This document shows positions 37,684 through 48,168 of a stretch of DNA of 64,000 nt, piece after piece. Source of the DNA: an uncultured delta proteobacterium (lineage in GTDB: Bacteria > Desulfobacterota > Desulfobacteria > Desulfobacterales > Desulfatirhabdiaceae); the NCBI GenBank assembly GCA_963789395.1, contig CAWBKP010000024.1, forward strand, positions 256,001 to 320,000, in the 5' to 3' direction. Made by a program: the position numbers and the translations under genes. How positions within the stretch are numbered: the stretch's first letter is position 1; every line of letters begins with the position of its first letter. The notes below the pieces were generated by a model. The model made no database searches. It was not told where the DNA came from and was given only the letters and a program-made list of their open reading frames with translations.

Positions 37684-38010
37684 ATGATAATGAAAAAATG
37701 TCCATTCTGCGCTGAAGATATTCAAGATGCCGCGATAAAGTGCAGGCACTGCGGCGAGTTTCTGAACGGTCCCCCGCGCGCTGCCGAAGAAAAGATCAAA
37801 TGGTATTTCCGAACATCTTTTATTGTCCTTGCAGTCTGTTCCGTGGGGCCTCTGGCATTGCCCCTGATCTGGTGGCGACCGAAGACGTCGGTGGCATGGA
37901 AGATCGGACTCACCATAGGCATCCTTGTTCTGACCTGGATATTGTTCGACGCCATGATGGAATCCATCCGCACTTTCAAGGAGGTATTCAATCTGCTTGA
38001 AGGGCAATGA
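37684..38010 (+). CDS. Zinc-ribbon membrane protein
   Basis: CPFCAEDIQDAAIKCRHCG followed by two hydrophobic segments. Confidence 0.8.
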   Translation: MIMKKCPFCAEDIQDAAIKCRHCGEFLNGPPRAAEEKIKWYFRTSFIVLAVCSVGPLALPLIWWRPKTSVAWKIGLTIGILVLTWILFDAMMESIRTFKEVFNLLEGQ

Positions 38011-38076
38011 AAATGATCCGCGGAACACATCGGCAGGCGAAGATTGTGCTATTCGTGACGAATTTATGTAACAAGA

Positions 38077-38208
38077 GAGCCTCTTGCAAAAGTACTGCTG
38101 TTCGTCACCCCGGTGAAAACCGGGGTCCAGAAGCCTTTGAATTCACTGGATACCGGCCTTCGCCGGTATGACGGAAGAGGCAATTTGAAAGGGTTTTGCA
38201 AGCGGCTC
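38077..38208. mobile_element. 132-bp MITE/REPIN-like non-autonomous element
   Basis: 15-bp terminal inverted repeats (GAGCCTCTTGCAAAA / TTTTGCAAGCGGCTC, 14/15 match), AAGA on both flanks, and an internal inverted pair of REP-like hairpin units. Confidence 0.7.
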
Positions 38209-38233
38209 AAGATAAAATATTTCTGGAGACATT

Positions 38234-39070
38234 ATGATTGGATATTTGAATGGTCAATATTTGCCGCAGGAAAATATCGTTATTTCACCGGAGGATCGGG
38301 GGTTTCTTTTTGCCGACGGCATTTATGAAGTCATCCGAAGTTACAGCGGAAAACTCTTTCGGGCAAAAGCCCACTTTGACCGGTTAAGTTATGGCGCCGG
38401 AGCGATGCAATTCAACCAGACCGATTTCGGTTATCTGGAGCTGGTGTGTGAAAAACTGATTCAGGACAACCGGTTGACCCAAGGCGATGCCGTCATCTAC
38501 ATGCAGGTGACCAGAGGGGTTGCCCCGAGAAGTCACGCATTTCCCCCCGTTGAAACTCCTTTGACGGTGTATGCAACGGCCAAAGCATTTCAGCCCCATA
38601 CAAAAGACGGTGAAGCCGGCATTCGGGTGATACTGGTTCCGGATCAGCGATGGGCCAGATGTGATATCAAAACCGTAGGGCTTCTGGCTAATACCCTGGC
38701 CCATCAGCGCGCCCTGGACAGCCATGCGACGGAAGGCCTGTTTGTTCGGGACGGCGCGGTGATAGAGGGCACGCACAGCAATGTGATGGCTGTTTTCGGC
38801 GGCAAGGTGATCACGCCTCCGAAAACCAATTACATGCTTGCCGGCATTACCCGTGAATTCGTACTGGGTATTTGCGGGGAGTTGAATATTCCGTTTGCTG
38901 AAGCCATTCTATATGAATCGGACATTCTGAAAGCGGACGAGGTGATGATCGTCGGTACAACCGTGGAAGTCACACCCGTCATCGCCGTAAACGGAGAAAC
39001 CATCGGATCCGGCGCCCCCGGACCCGTCACCCGGAAACTCCTGGGGGCGTTTCGGAAGAAGATATGTTGA
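38234..39070 (+). CDS. dat: Class IV aminotransferase, D-amino-acid transaminase-like
   Basis: DRGFLFADGIYEV, QVTRG..PRSHAFP, RWARCDIKTVGLL, EGTHSN and LAGITR. Confidence 0.85.
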   Translation: MIGYLNGQYLPQENIVISPEDRGFLFADGIYEVIRSYSGKLFRAKAHFDRLSYGAGAMQFNQTDFGYLELVCEKLIQDNRLTQGDAVIYMQVTRGVAPRSHAFPPVETPLTVYATAKAFQPHTKDGEAGIRVILVPDQRWARCDIKTVGLLANTLAHQRALDSHATEGLFVRDGAVIEGTHSNVMAVFGGKVITPPKTNYMLAGITREFVLGICGELNIPFAEAILYESDILKADEVMIVGTTVEVTPVIAVNGETIGSGAPGPVTRKLLGAFRKKIC

Positions 39071-39136
39071 TGCCAGGAATCATCAGATCCGGGAATTGCC
39101 GGAAGAGCCTGGGGCCTATACCCCCGCAACATGTTC

Positions 39137-40090
39137 TCAGACAACCCATACTGTAAATTGTTTTCCGCCATAAACGACTTCATGACCGACCCGGCCCATG
39201 AAAAACGCCTCTACTTTTGAAAGGCCCCTTCGTCCGACAACTATTGTTCCGAAGCCGCCGTCTTCCGCCTCTTTGACAATGGCATCGGATCGGCTGCGTA
39301 CACCGGAAATCACTTTTTCCGATATTTTTTCAGGTTCAAACCCGGAGGTCATCAATTTGTCTTTTACATCGTGAAACAGTCTTGCCACTTTCAATTTAAA
39401 GGCTTCAAGGCAGGTATCGGACATATCCACTTCGGAGATCTCCGGCCTGCAAGCTTCGGAAAGATCAAAATGGATTGCCCCCAGGCCGGGGATTGCATGA
39501 AATATACACACCTCATACCCATGGAGGCCTAACAGTGAGGCGACAAATTCAACCGCTTTCATTGAAGCCGGTGAAGCATCCACGGCCAATAAAATTTTCT
39601 TGACTGCCGGAGCCTGACCAACGATGAGGATCGGGATAAACGTCAACGCCTGTAACAGTTTGACGGCGACGCTGCCCAGTATGATATTTTTCAGTGCGCC
39701 CATTCCCCGTCTTCTCATGACGACCGCAGTGTAGCCTTTTTTTGCTTCACCAATAATGTCCCGTGCGACCCCTTTTTCCAGGCGATGAATTTTGATTTCA
39801 ACGGACCGTTCCGAAAATCCGCCTGATATCAAATCTTTTTTCGCCTGTTCCAGGCACGCCCGGATATTTCCTCTTTCCTGCGTTTCCCGGTGTTTCAATT
39901 GATCTACGACAGCTGCGCAAGTAGGTTCCTGTGCCAATTCCCGATACTCTTCCGGAATGCCGCTGAAGACGTGAAACAGCACAATCCGCGTATTTTTATC
40001 AACGGGCATAAACGCCTTTACATAGTTTACCGTTTGTATGGTTCGTTCCGAACCATCAACCAATATCAGCCATTTATGGTGTATTGTCAT
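39137..40090 (-). CDS. Tandem universal stress protein
   Basis: Two USP domains (LVDGSE...MRRRG..LGSV and AVDAS...VGRRG..MGRV). Start placed at ATG 40090. Confidence 0.9.
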   Translation of the reverse strand: MTIHHKWLILVDGSERTIQTVNYVKAFMPVDKNTRIVLFHVFSGIPEEYRELAQEPTCAAVVDQLKHRETQERGNIRACLEQAKKDLISGGFSERSVEIKIHRLEKGVARDIIGEAKKGYTAVVMRRRGMGALKNIILGSVAVKLLQALTFIPILIVGQAPAVKKILLAVDASPASMKAVEFVASLLGLHGYEVCIFHAIPGLGAIHFDLSEACRPEISEVDMSDTCLEAFKLKVARLFHDVKDKLMTSGFEPEKISEKVISGVRSRSDAIVKEAEDGGFGTIVVGRRGLSKVEAFFMGRVGHEVVYGGKQFTVWVV

Positions 40091-40189
40091 ATTCCCCCTT
40101 CGCAATTAAATCTGAAAACCCCTGTCTGCATGCCGTCATCACAGCTCTTTAACGCAAGGATGAAAACAGCGTGCATCTTGCTCAGTAAA

Positions 40190-41598
40190 TTATTCGCCGC
40201 CGCCGCCCAATACCGCGTATAGTCGCACCCGATTGGCAAGCCTCGCCAGACGGAGCGAAATAAGCCCCTGCTTCGCAGAAATCAGTGTGCGCTGGGCATC
40301 GAGGACGCTCAGGTAGCTGTCGATGCCTTTTCGGTATCGCGCTTCTGATCGGCTGTAGATAATTTCAACGGCATTCACCAGAGACTGCTGGGCCGAAATC
40401 TGCTCCCCCACGGTTCCCTTGACGGCAAGCGCATCGGCAACTTCCCTGAAAGCCACCTGAATCGCCTTTTGATAGGAGGTCAGCGCGATTTCATTTTCGA
40501 TCAGGGTCGCGTCATAGGCCGACCAGAGCCTGGCATCGAATATGGGCGTGATAATAACGGGTGCAAAATTCCAGGTTCCGGAGCCGGATCCGAAAAGTCC
40601 GCTCAGGTCGCTGCTGGCGGTTCCGACTCCCGTGGTCAGGGAAATCCGGGGAAAAAGCGCCGCACGGGCGGCGCCGATATTGGCATTGGCGGCCTTGAGC
40701 CGGTGTTCCGCCGCCAGGATATCCGGCCGGTTCAGCAGGATTTCCGAAGAGATTCCGGAAGAAACGGCCTGCGGCTCGAGAATATCAGACAGATTCGCGG
40801 ACAGCAAGTCGGCCGGTGCAGGCGATCCCAGAAGCAGGTTCAGCGCGTTTTCATCCAGAGCGATCTGCCGGGTGAATCGGGCGATGTCTCCCCTGGCCGT
40901 ATCCACCTGGGTTTGCGAGCGTTTTACATCCACTTCATTGGCAAGCCCGACCTGATACCGACGGTTGATGATCCGGAAAATGTCTTCCTGGCTCTGCAAG
41001 GTGTTCTTTGCCAGATTCAGGTTTTCACGGTCTGCCGCCAGATTCAGATATGCGTCTGCGGTTGCCGCGATCAATAGAATCTGTGCGCTGCGCCTGGCTT
41101 CATCCGTTGACAGGTAGTTTTCCAGGGCGCTGTCTTTCAGGCTGCGGATGCGTCCGAAAAAATCGATTTCCCAAGCGGCGACGCCGAGATTGATCCTGTA
41201 TTCTTCCTGGGTGGTGGCGACTCCGGATGACGACAGGTCCGCGGGATACCATTGGCTGCGCATGCTGCCTGTCGCATTCAGCGATGGATAGAGTTCGGCT
41301 TTCTGAATGCCGTAGAGTGCGGCGGCTTTTTCCATGTTCAAGAGGGCAAGCCGCAGATCCCGGTTATTGCTTAGAGCCGTTTCGATAATCCGCTGCAGAT
41401 TCGGGTCGGTGAAAAACGCCTGCCAGCTCAGTTTCCATGCGGCCTGTGTTTCGGCTGTGGCCTGCGAATCTTTGTAGGCCGGTCCTTGCGGCCATTCTGC
41501 CGGAATCGGCGCAGAGGGCTGCGTGTACTCGGGAGCCAGGGAACAGCCGCCCATGAAAATCAGCGCTGCAAATATGAAAGTACGATTTGCTTTCTCAT
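40190..41598 (-). CDS. RND outer-membrane lipoprotein (OprM/NodT family); frameshift in the signal peptide near 41578
   Basis: NNRDLR, WEIDFFGR, RPDILAAE, ANANIGAARAALFP and LYAVLGGG. One extra base restores MRKQIVLFIFAALIFMGG-CSLAP (lipobox). Confidence 0.92.
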
Positions 41599-41599
41599 G

Positions 41600-44500
41600 T
41601 TAGCTCACCTCCCGTGAAGGGGTGGAGAGAAGAGCGGTTCCAGCGGGCTGCCGGTTTTGTTTCTTCATGAATATCCGGGATACCAGGACAAAGAACAGCG
41701 GAATAAAAATCAGATCGATGAATGTGGCGGAGAGCATCCCGCCGCAGACGGCGGTACCGATGGCGTTCATGGCGCCGGCGCCGGCGCCGGTGGCGATGGC
41801 CAGCGGCAGTACCCCGAAAAAGAACGCCAGGGAAGTCATGATGACGGGCCGGAATCGTGTTTTTACGGCGCCAAGGGTTGCATCGATAAGACTGTCACCA
41901 TGTCTCAGCCGTTCCTTGATAAACTGAATGATCAGGATGGCGTTTTTTGTCGAAAGGCCAAGGGTGGTGAGGAATCCGATCTGAAAGTAGACATCGTTTG
42001 GCATTCCCCGCAAGGAAGTGGCCAGGATCGCGCCCAATACCCCCAGCGGCAGCATCAACAGATTGACAAAAGGGATGGTCCAGCTTTCATACAGGGCGGC
42101 CACGCAAAGGAAGATGACGAAAATGGAAAAGGCGTACAGAACAGGTCCCTGAGTCGTTGCCATCCGCTCCTGATAAGACAGTCCGGTCCAGTCAAAGCCG
42201 ATCCCCTGGGGCAGCTTTGCCGCGATCTCTTCCATGGCGGTCATGGCCTCGCCGGTACTGTGACCCGGCGAGGGTTCTCCCCAGATATCGATGGAAGAAA
42301 AGGCGTTGTAACGCTCCAGCTTGGGAGAACCCTGAGCCCATCTGCTGGATGCAAAGGAAGAAAAGGGGACCATCTTGCCCGCGCTGTTGCGCACATAGAG
42401 TTTTTCCAGATCCTTAGGCAGCATGCGATAGGGGGCATCGGCCTGGGCAAAGACTTTTTTGACCCGGCCGGCCTGGATAAAGTCGTTGACATAGGCACTG
42501 CCAAAGGCCGCCGAAATGGTGTTGTGAATGGAATCGATGGAAATCCCCAGGGCGCCGGCTTTTTCCCAATCCACATCGATGTGATATTCGGCCACATCTT
42601 CCATGCCGTTGGGCCTGACCCTGACCAGTCGCTGATCCTTCATGGCCATGCCGAGGAGCTGATTGCGGGCAGCCATGAGCTTTTCGTGGCCCAGGCCGCC
42701 GCGGTCCAGCAACTGAAAATCAAATCCGATGGCCTGCCCCAGTTCGATGACCGGAGGCGGCGGAAATGCGAAAACCATGGCGCTTTTTATCCGTGAAAAC
42801 GCCTTCATAGCCCTGCCGGCGATGGCCTTGACCTTTAAATCCGGCCGCTGGCGCAGTTTCCAGTCTTTGAGCTTGGCAAATCCCAGGGCCATATTCTGCC
42901 CCTGGCCGCCGAAACTGATCCCGGCAACCGACAGGAAGGAATCCACCCCCTCTTTCTCATTTCCCAGAAAATGGTCTCTTACAGCGTTCATTACTGTTTC
43001 AGTCTGTTCCAGGGTGGAGCCCGACGGCAGCATGGCCTGTACCAGCAGGATGCCCTGGTCTTCATCCGGAATATAGGAGGTGGGCATGCGATGAAAGAGA
43101 AGTCCGGCCGCCGTTACGATCAGAAGATACATGATCAGGTACCGCGCTGTTCTTGAAAAGGACCGGCCGACGATCCCCACGTAGATGTCTCGGGTCCGGG
43201 CAAACGTCCGATCAAACCATCGAAAAAAGGGGCGCAGGAAAAAGACCGTTTTATCCGCAGCTTCATGCCCGGCCGGCATGGGTTTCAGGAATGTCGCACA
43301 AAGGACCGGGGTCAGAATCAGGGCCACGACCACCGAAAGGAGCATGGAAGCAATGATGGTCACGGAAAACTGGCGGTAAAGAACTCCGGTGGAGCCCTGA
43401 AAGAAGGCCATGGGTCCGAAGACCGCCGAGAGCACCAGACCGATGCCGATCAGGGCGCTGGTGATCTCGCCCATGGACTTGGCAGTGGCTTCCCGGGGTG
43501 GCAGCCCCTCCTCGGACATGATCCGCTCCACGTTCTCCACCACCACAATGGCGTCATCCACCAGAAGGCCGATGGCCAGCACCATGGCGAACATGGTCAG
43601 CATGTTGATGGAAAAACCGAAAAACGCAAGGACGGCAAAGGTTCCGAGCAGCACCACCGGCACGGCGATGGTGGGGATCAGCGTGGCCCGGATATTTCCC
43701 ATGAAAAGGTACATAATCACAAATACCAGAAGGACTGCTTCAAAAAGGGTCTTGGCCACTTCCTCAATGGCCACTTTGGTAAACGGGGTGGTATCGTAGG
43801 GATAAATCACCTTCATGCCGGCAGGGAAATAGCGGCTCATCTCCGCCAGTTTCTGTTTGACGTTATCGGCCGTGTCCAGGGCGTTGGCGCCGGCAGCCTG
43901 ACGGATGGCCATGGCAGCGGCGGGTTTGCCGTTGTAGTAGGCCACGACATCGGAGCGTTCGGTCCCCAGTTCCGTCCGGCCGATATCCCTGATCCGGACC
44001 ACCGAGCCATCCGGATTGGTACGGACGGGGATGGCGGCGAATTCCTCAGGGGTCTGGAGCAGATGCTGAACGATGATGGCGGCATTCAGGCGCTGACCTT
44101 CCACGGCAGGCGCACCGCCGAACTGACCGGCGGAGACCTCGACGTTGTAGGCCCTTAGCGCCAGAATCACGTCCTGCATGGTCAGGTGGTAGCTTGTCAG
44201 CTTGTCGGGGTTGACCCAGACCCGCATGCCATACTGGGTGCCGAAATTCTCCACTTCTCCGACCCCCCGTACCCGGGACAGGATCTTTTCCAGATTCGAC
44301 TGGGCGTAGTCCCGCAGGTCGTCGCCGCTCATGCTGCCGTCTTCCGAAATCAGGCCGACGATAATCAGGTAGTTCCGGGTGGATTTGCTGACTTTGACGC
44401 CGGAGCGCTGCACCACATCGGGAAGACTGGCCATGGCAAGCTGCAGCTTGTTCTGTACCTTAGACCAGGCGATATCCGGATTCGTTCCCGGGGCAAATGT

Positions 44501-44779
44501 CATCTCGACGCGGGACGCCCCGGACGAAGAACTGGTGCCGGAGAGATAGAGCATATCGTCCAGACCCGTCATCTTCTGCTCGATGATCTGGGTTACTGTG
44601 TTTTCCACGGTCTCTGCCGAGGCCCCGGGGAAAAACGCATCAATGGCGATGGCCGGCGGGGCGATGGGGGGATACTGAGCGATGGGCATTTTGTAGATGG
44701 CAAGCCCGCCCGCCGTCATGATGATGATGGCAATCACCCAGGCAAAAACCGGGCGGGCAAGAAAGAATCTGGAGAGCAT
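41600..44779 (-). CDS. RND efflux permease (AcrB/MexB family)
   Basis: MLSRFFLARPVFAWV, GLLVDDAIVVENVER, KNAILI and RFRPVIMTS; 1059 aa. Confidence 0.97.
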   Translation of the reverse strand: MLSRFFLARPVFAWVIAIIIMTAGGLAIYKMPIAQYPPIAPPAIAIDAFFPGASAETVENTVTQIIEQKMTGLDDMLYLSGTSSSSGASRVEMTFAPGTNPDIAWSKVQNKLQLAMASLPDVVQRSGVKVSKSTRNYLIIVGLISEDGSMSGDDLRDYAQSNLEKILSRVRGVGEVENFGTQYGMRVWVNPDKLTSYHLTMQDVILALRAYNVEVSAGQFGGAPAVEGQRLNAAIIVQHLLQTPEEFAAIPVRTNPDGSVVRIRDIGRTELGTERSDVVAYYNGKPAAAMAIRQAAGANALDTADNVKQKLAEMSRYFPAGMKVIYPYDTTPFTKVAIEEVAKTLFEAVLLVFVIMYLFMGNIRATLIPTIAVPVVLLGTFAVLAFFGFSINMLTMFAMVLAIGLLVDDAIVVVENVERIMSEEGLPPREATAKSMGEITSALIGIGLVLSAVFGPMAFFQGSTGVLYRQFSVTIIASMLLSVVVALILTPVLCATFLKPMPAGHEAADKTVFFLRPFFRWFDRTFARTRDIYVGIVGRSFSRTARYLIMYLLIVTAAGLLFHRMPTSYIPDEDQGILLVQAMLPSGSTLEQTETVMNAVRDHFLGNEKEGVDSFLSVAGISFGGQGQNMALGFAKLKDWKLRQRPDLKVKAIAGRAMKAFSRIKSAMVFAFPPPPVIELGQAIGFDFQLLDRGGLGHEKLMAARNQLLGMAMKDQRLVRVRPNGMEDVAEYHIDVDWEKAGALGISIDSIHNTISAAFGSAYVNDFIQAGRVKKVFAQADAPYRMLPKDLEKLYVRNSAGKMVPFSSFASSRWAQGSPKLERYNAFSSIDIWGEPSPGHSTGEAMTAMEEIAAKLPQGIGFDWTGLSYQERMATTQGPVLYAFSIFVIFLCVAALYESWTIPFVNLLMLPLGVLGAILATSLRGMPNDVYFQIGFLTTLGLSTKNAILIIQFIKERLRHGDSLIDATLGAVKTRFRPVIMTSLAFFFGVLPLAIATGAGAGAMNAIGTAVCGGMLSATFIDLIFIPLFFVLVSRIFMKKQNRQPAGTALLSTPSREVS

Positions 44780-46002
44780 CAGACGCCTCCCTTGCTTCGT
44801 TTTTGAGACGGGGCGTCCGGACCGGCCGATGGCCCATTGTCGGCTTGCTTCTCTTTATAAGGGGAAGACTTCACGATCGTACCGGGCCGCAACATCATCA
44901 GCCCCTCAACGATCAGCGGGTCCCCGGGAGAAAGACCGGCAGAAACCAGCCATTTGTCGCCGATGGCCCGATCGAGGGTGAGCGGGCGGAAAGCGGCTTT
45001 GCTTTCTGCATCCACGATCAGCGCAAAGGGATTGCCCTTGGAATCGCGGGAAACCCCCTGTTGCGGAATAAGTATCGCCTGCTCATTGACGCCTTCAGCG
45101 ATCACCGCCTGAACGAACATGCCCGGCAGAAGAATGCCTTCCGGATTGGGGAAAACAGCCCGTAGAATAACGGATCCGGTGCTCGGGTCCACGGTGACAT
45201 CGCTGAATTGCAAGGTGCCTTCCGGGGAATAGAGAGTGCCGTCTTCCTGTATGAGCTTGACCTTATCCGAATCTGAACCATTCTTCTTGAGACGACCGTC
45301 CTTCAGGCGGCGTTTTAAGCGCAGCAGATCTGTGGTGGATTGGGGCACATCCACGTAAATAGGGTCTAGTTGCTGGATGGAGGCCAGGGCGACGGGTTGA
45401 TACGCCGTTACGATGGCGCCGTCCGTGACTGTGGAGATACCGATGCGTCCTGAAATCGGCGCCTTGACCGCCGTGTATCCCAGGTTGATCTGGGCCGTAG
45501 CAACGGTCGCCTTCCAGTAAGCCACATCGGCTTCGGCCTGTTTCAAGGCCGCGGAGGCATCATCGTAATCCTGCCGGCTGACCGAGTTGTCTGACAAGAG
45601 ATCACGATAGCGTTCCGCCCGCAACCGAACTGCGGGCACATTGGCCTCGGCCCGGCCAAGAGCTGCCTTGGCATTATCCAAAGCCGATTGAAAGGGAGCC
45701 GGATCGATTTGATAGAGTACCTGATTGGCCTTGACGTCCTTGCCTTCCGTAAACAGGCGTTTCAATATGAGGCCATTGACCTGAGGGCGTATTTCCGCAA
45801 TTCGGTAAGCGGAGGTGCGACCGGGCAGTTCCGCTGTCAGCGTTATTTTCTGTGTCGTTACCGGTATCACGGACACTTCCGGAACAGGGGCAGGCGCTTG
45901 AACCGGTTTGCGGTCACAACCGGTCAGTCCATAGCAAACCAGTAATACAAACAAAATCACCCATCCTGCCGGTGAGTTGCTAACGATGTTGCAAAAACGC
46001 AT
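44779..46002 (-). CDS. RND periplasmic adaptor (AcrA/MexA family)
   Basis: LTGC lipobox, ELPGRT, EIRPQVNG, APISGRIG and FPNP..LLPGMFV. Start placed at ATG 46002 after GGAGG. Confidence 0.95.
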   Translation of the reverse strand: MRFCNIVSNSPAGWVILFVLLVCYGLTGCDRKPVQAPAPVPEVSVIPVTTQKITLTAELPGRTSAYRIAEIRPQVNGLILKRLFTEGKDVKANQVLYQIDPAPFQSALDNAKAALGRAEANVPAVRLRAERYRDLLSDNSVSRQDYDDASAALKQAEADVAYWKATVATAQINLGYTAVKAPISGRIGISTVTDGAIVTAYQPVALASIQQLDPIYVDVPQSTTDLLRLKRRLKDGRLKKNGSDSDKVKLIQEDGTLYSPEGTLQFSDVTVDPSTGSVILRAVFPNPEGILLPGMFVQAVIAEGVNEQAILIPQQGVSRDSKGNPFALIVDAESKAAFRPLTLDRAIGDKWLVSAGLSPGDPLIVEGLMMLRPGTIVKSSPYKEKQADNGPSAGPDAPSQKRSKGGV

Positions 46003-46068
46003 CAACAATTCCTCCACTTGGTTACAGTCATAAGCCACTTGGTTTATGGTTTTCTCAAACAGGCAGCC

Positions 46069-46686
46069 TTATACCAACCCTTTAAAAAGTATGTTTAAAA
46101 TAGAATCCGGATCTTCCGGATACGAGTGAATTTCGGGATTTTCGAGCCAGAGAAACAGAAAGGCATTGCACAGGCTGTCGAGAGCGACGGAAAGAATGTA
46201 GGGTTCGGCGATGGGATGGAACCGCCCGGCGCGAATTCCGGATTCAAAGATTTCTGAAATGCATTCCAGAAAGCGTTCCCGGCGTTCGCGTATATCCTGG
46301 TCCAGCCCGGCCAGGATATTGAAACTGGCCCCGCGTGTTTCGGCGAAATAGAGACGGATGGTGGCGACTTTATCCTGAAACACCTCTCCTTTTGCCTGAA
46401 CATACCGGCGCAGTTTATCAATTTCATCGCCGGGGGAGGCGATGGCTTGCGAGAGCACCTTGTGAAACTGGTCGGAGAGTTCCAGAATCAAGGCTTTATA
46501 TAGATCTTCCTTGTTGCTGAAGAATTTATACAGCGTTCCAATGGCGAATTCGGCTTTTGCTGCAATTTCGTGCATGGATACGTTGTGGTACCCTTTTTCT
46601 GAAAACAGTTCCAGCGCAGCTGCCAGCATGTCCTCTCGCTGCGAGATCTTCTGACGTTCGCGACGGGAAATTGTTTTGGTTTCCAT
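46069..46686 (-). CDS. TetR/AcrR-family regulator
   Basis: AALELFSEKGY..VSMHEIA..AEFAIGTLYKFF.NKEDL helix-turn-helix; first gene of the efflux operon. Confidence 0.95.
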   Translation of the reverse strand: METKTISRRERQKISQREDMLAAALELFSEKGYHNVSMHEIAAKAEFAIGTLYKFFSNKEDLYKALILELSDQFHKVLSQAIASPGDEIDKLRRYVQAKGEVFQDKVATIRLYFAETRGASFNILAGLDQDIRERRERFLECISEIFESGIRAGRFHPIAEPYILSVALDSLCNAFLFLWLENPEIHSYPEDPDSILNILFKGLV

Positions 46687-46796
46687 CGATATTCCTTGGT
46701 TAATTCATACTGATTGGCGTGCCAATAAAACAATCCTGAATGATTTTAACAACTGGATAAATTCCATTGAACAGTTTTTTTCACGACAAGAATAAA

Positions 46797-46836
46797 TATG
46801 ACGTCATAATATGAAATATGACGTCATATTTGTCAA
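46797..46836 (-). promoter_or_regulatory. Tandem palindromic operator pair overlapping a sigma70 -35 element of the tetR-RND operon
   Basis: Perfect palindromes TATGACGTCATA (46797-46808) and AAATATGACGTCATATTT (46814-46831), centres 20 bp apart. TTGACA on the minus strand at 46831-46836. Confidence 0.75.
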
Positions 46837-46876
46837 TAGAAAGTTTCTATTTGAAACGTGCTGAAAAAACTGAATA

Positions 46877-47581
46877 TCAAACCATTTCCCGCTTGAGCTG
46901 TCTGGGTCTGTAAGGAAATGAGCGGGAGGAGAGGGGGATTTCAAACGGGTGAAGCGGAAAAAAGCCTGACAGGATTTTTTTGAACCCGACTGCGAATCGG
47001 GAATCCTTTCTGCGTAAAAACGGCTGATCTGCCTGGCAGATCAGTTCCGGCCTTTCCGCCAGAATCAAGCGGGCCGCATGTTCCGCGGCCCAGCCGCCGC
47101 GATCGCAGCAGGCCTCAAAAAGACGGGTGGTTTCCGAAGAGCCGTTTTTGATCAGAATCCGGCAACAGGTGGAACCGAAGCGGAGCTTGAAAGCGTGATG
47201 CAGACTCCGTGAGGCGGACATGGCCTTTTGGCGGTCAATCTGTTTTAAATTGCTTTGGGACAGAAAAAGTCCAAGCGAAATGACGCCTCCAGTCAGTGCC
47301 CCGCAGGTGCATCCCGAGCCGCCGATGCCTTCAGCAAGTCCGGATGCCACTTTCATGGCAAGGTCCGGCGGCATCCCGCCGCCAAGTCCCTGGTTCAGGG
47401 CAGAAAGCACGGCTTCGGAGCACATCATCCGTCTGCTGGACATCAAATTAAATGCCCGCTGACGGATGATCGCAGACAGTTCATCGGTCGCTGCTTCGCG
47501 GTGATCCGCATCTCTGTTCATTTTGTGCATGTTATTTTTTATTGAGTTACAAAAGCTGCAAGTATCAGCAAGGGCAGTCAT
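46877..47581 (-). CDS. C_GCAxxG_C_C family putative redox protein
   Basis: Motifs MCSEAV, GIGGSGCTCGALTGG, FGSTCCRIL and a late Cys pair. Confidence 0.85.
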   Translation of the reverse strand: MTALADTCSFCNSIKNNMHKMNRDADHREAATDELSAIIRQRAFNLMSSRRMMCSEAVLSALNQGLGGGMPPDLAMKVASGLAEGIGGSGCTCGALTGGVISLGLFLSQSNLKQIDRQKAMSASRSLHHAFKLRFGSTCCRILIKNGSSETTRLFEACCDRGGWAAEHAARLILAERPELICQADQPFLRRKDSRFAVGFKKILSGFFPLHPFEIPLSSRSFPYRPRQLKREMV

Positions 47582-47619
47582 GGCAATCCTGATACCTGCT
47601 GTCCAACGTGTGCGTGTGC

Positions 47620-48147
47620 CTATTCGGCGCCCTGTACCGGATATTTGGCGCCTTTCCAGGCAAAAATGCCCCCTGGATAGCGCAGCACGTTTTTGTATCC
47701 GAGTTTCTTGGCCCAGACCGCGCCGTTATGGCTGCGGGTGCATTTGACAAAACCGCAGTATATCACAATTGTTTTTTCGGTGTCAGGTCCAAGCAAGGCC
47801 TTGAAATCCTCAATGGTTTTGCCATCGGTTTCCTTGATTTCCCAGGTGATCATCTCCGGAATCGGAAACAGGAATTGTTTTGCCCCGGGTACGTGTTCTT
47901 TTTTGTAGCTGTCTGCAAAGGGCATGGTATCGATGATGAGAATATCCTTTCCTTCATCGATCATTTTCTTCAATTCCCCGGTGGCCACCACATCGTAACC
48001 GCCGCGCTGGACTTCCCGCACCAGTTTGACCGCGCCCTGTTCTTTTTCCAGCTCTTCCTCGAATTTGTCTTTGCCAAAGGCATGGGCGAATGTGGCCAGT
48101 CCCAGAATCAATACTGCGGTCAGTAAATGTCCAAATAATTTTTTCAT
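47620..48147 (-). CDS. Exported rhodanese-like protein
   Basis: Signal peptide (AHA), IIDTMP, HVPGA, active loop YCGFVKCTRS and YPGGIFAW. Confidence 0.88.
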   Translation of the reverse strand: MKKLFGHLLTAVLILGLATFAHAFGKDKFEEELEKEQGAVKLVREVQRGGYDVVATGELKKMIDEGKDILIIDTMPFADSYKKEHVPGAKQFLFPIPEMITWEIKETDGKTIEDFKALLGPDTEKTIVIYCGFVKCTRSHNGAVWAKKLGYKNVLRYPGGIFAWKGAKYPVQGAE

Positions 48148-48168
48148 TCGAATTTCATCTCCTTTTTG

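Noticed and set aside
46877..48147. Hidden Sec codons in the C_GCAxxG_C_C and rhodanese genes
   Set aside because: All motif positions are Cys codons in uninterrupted frames.
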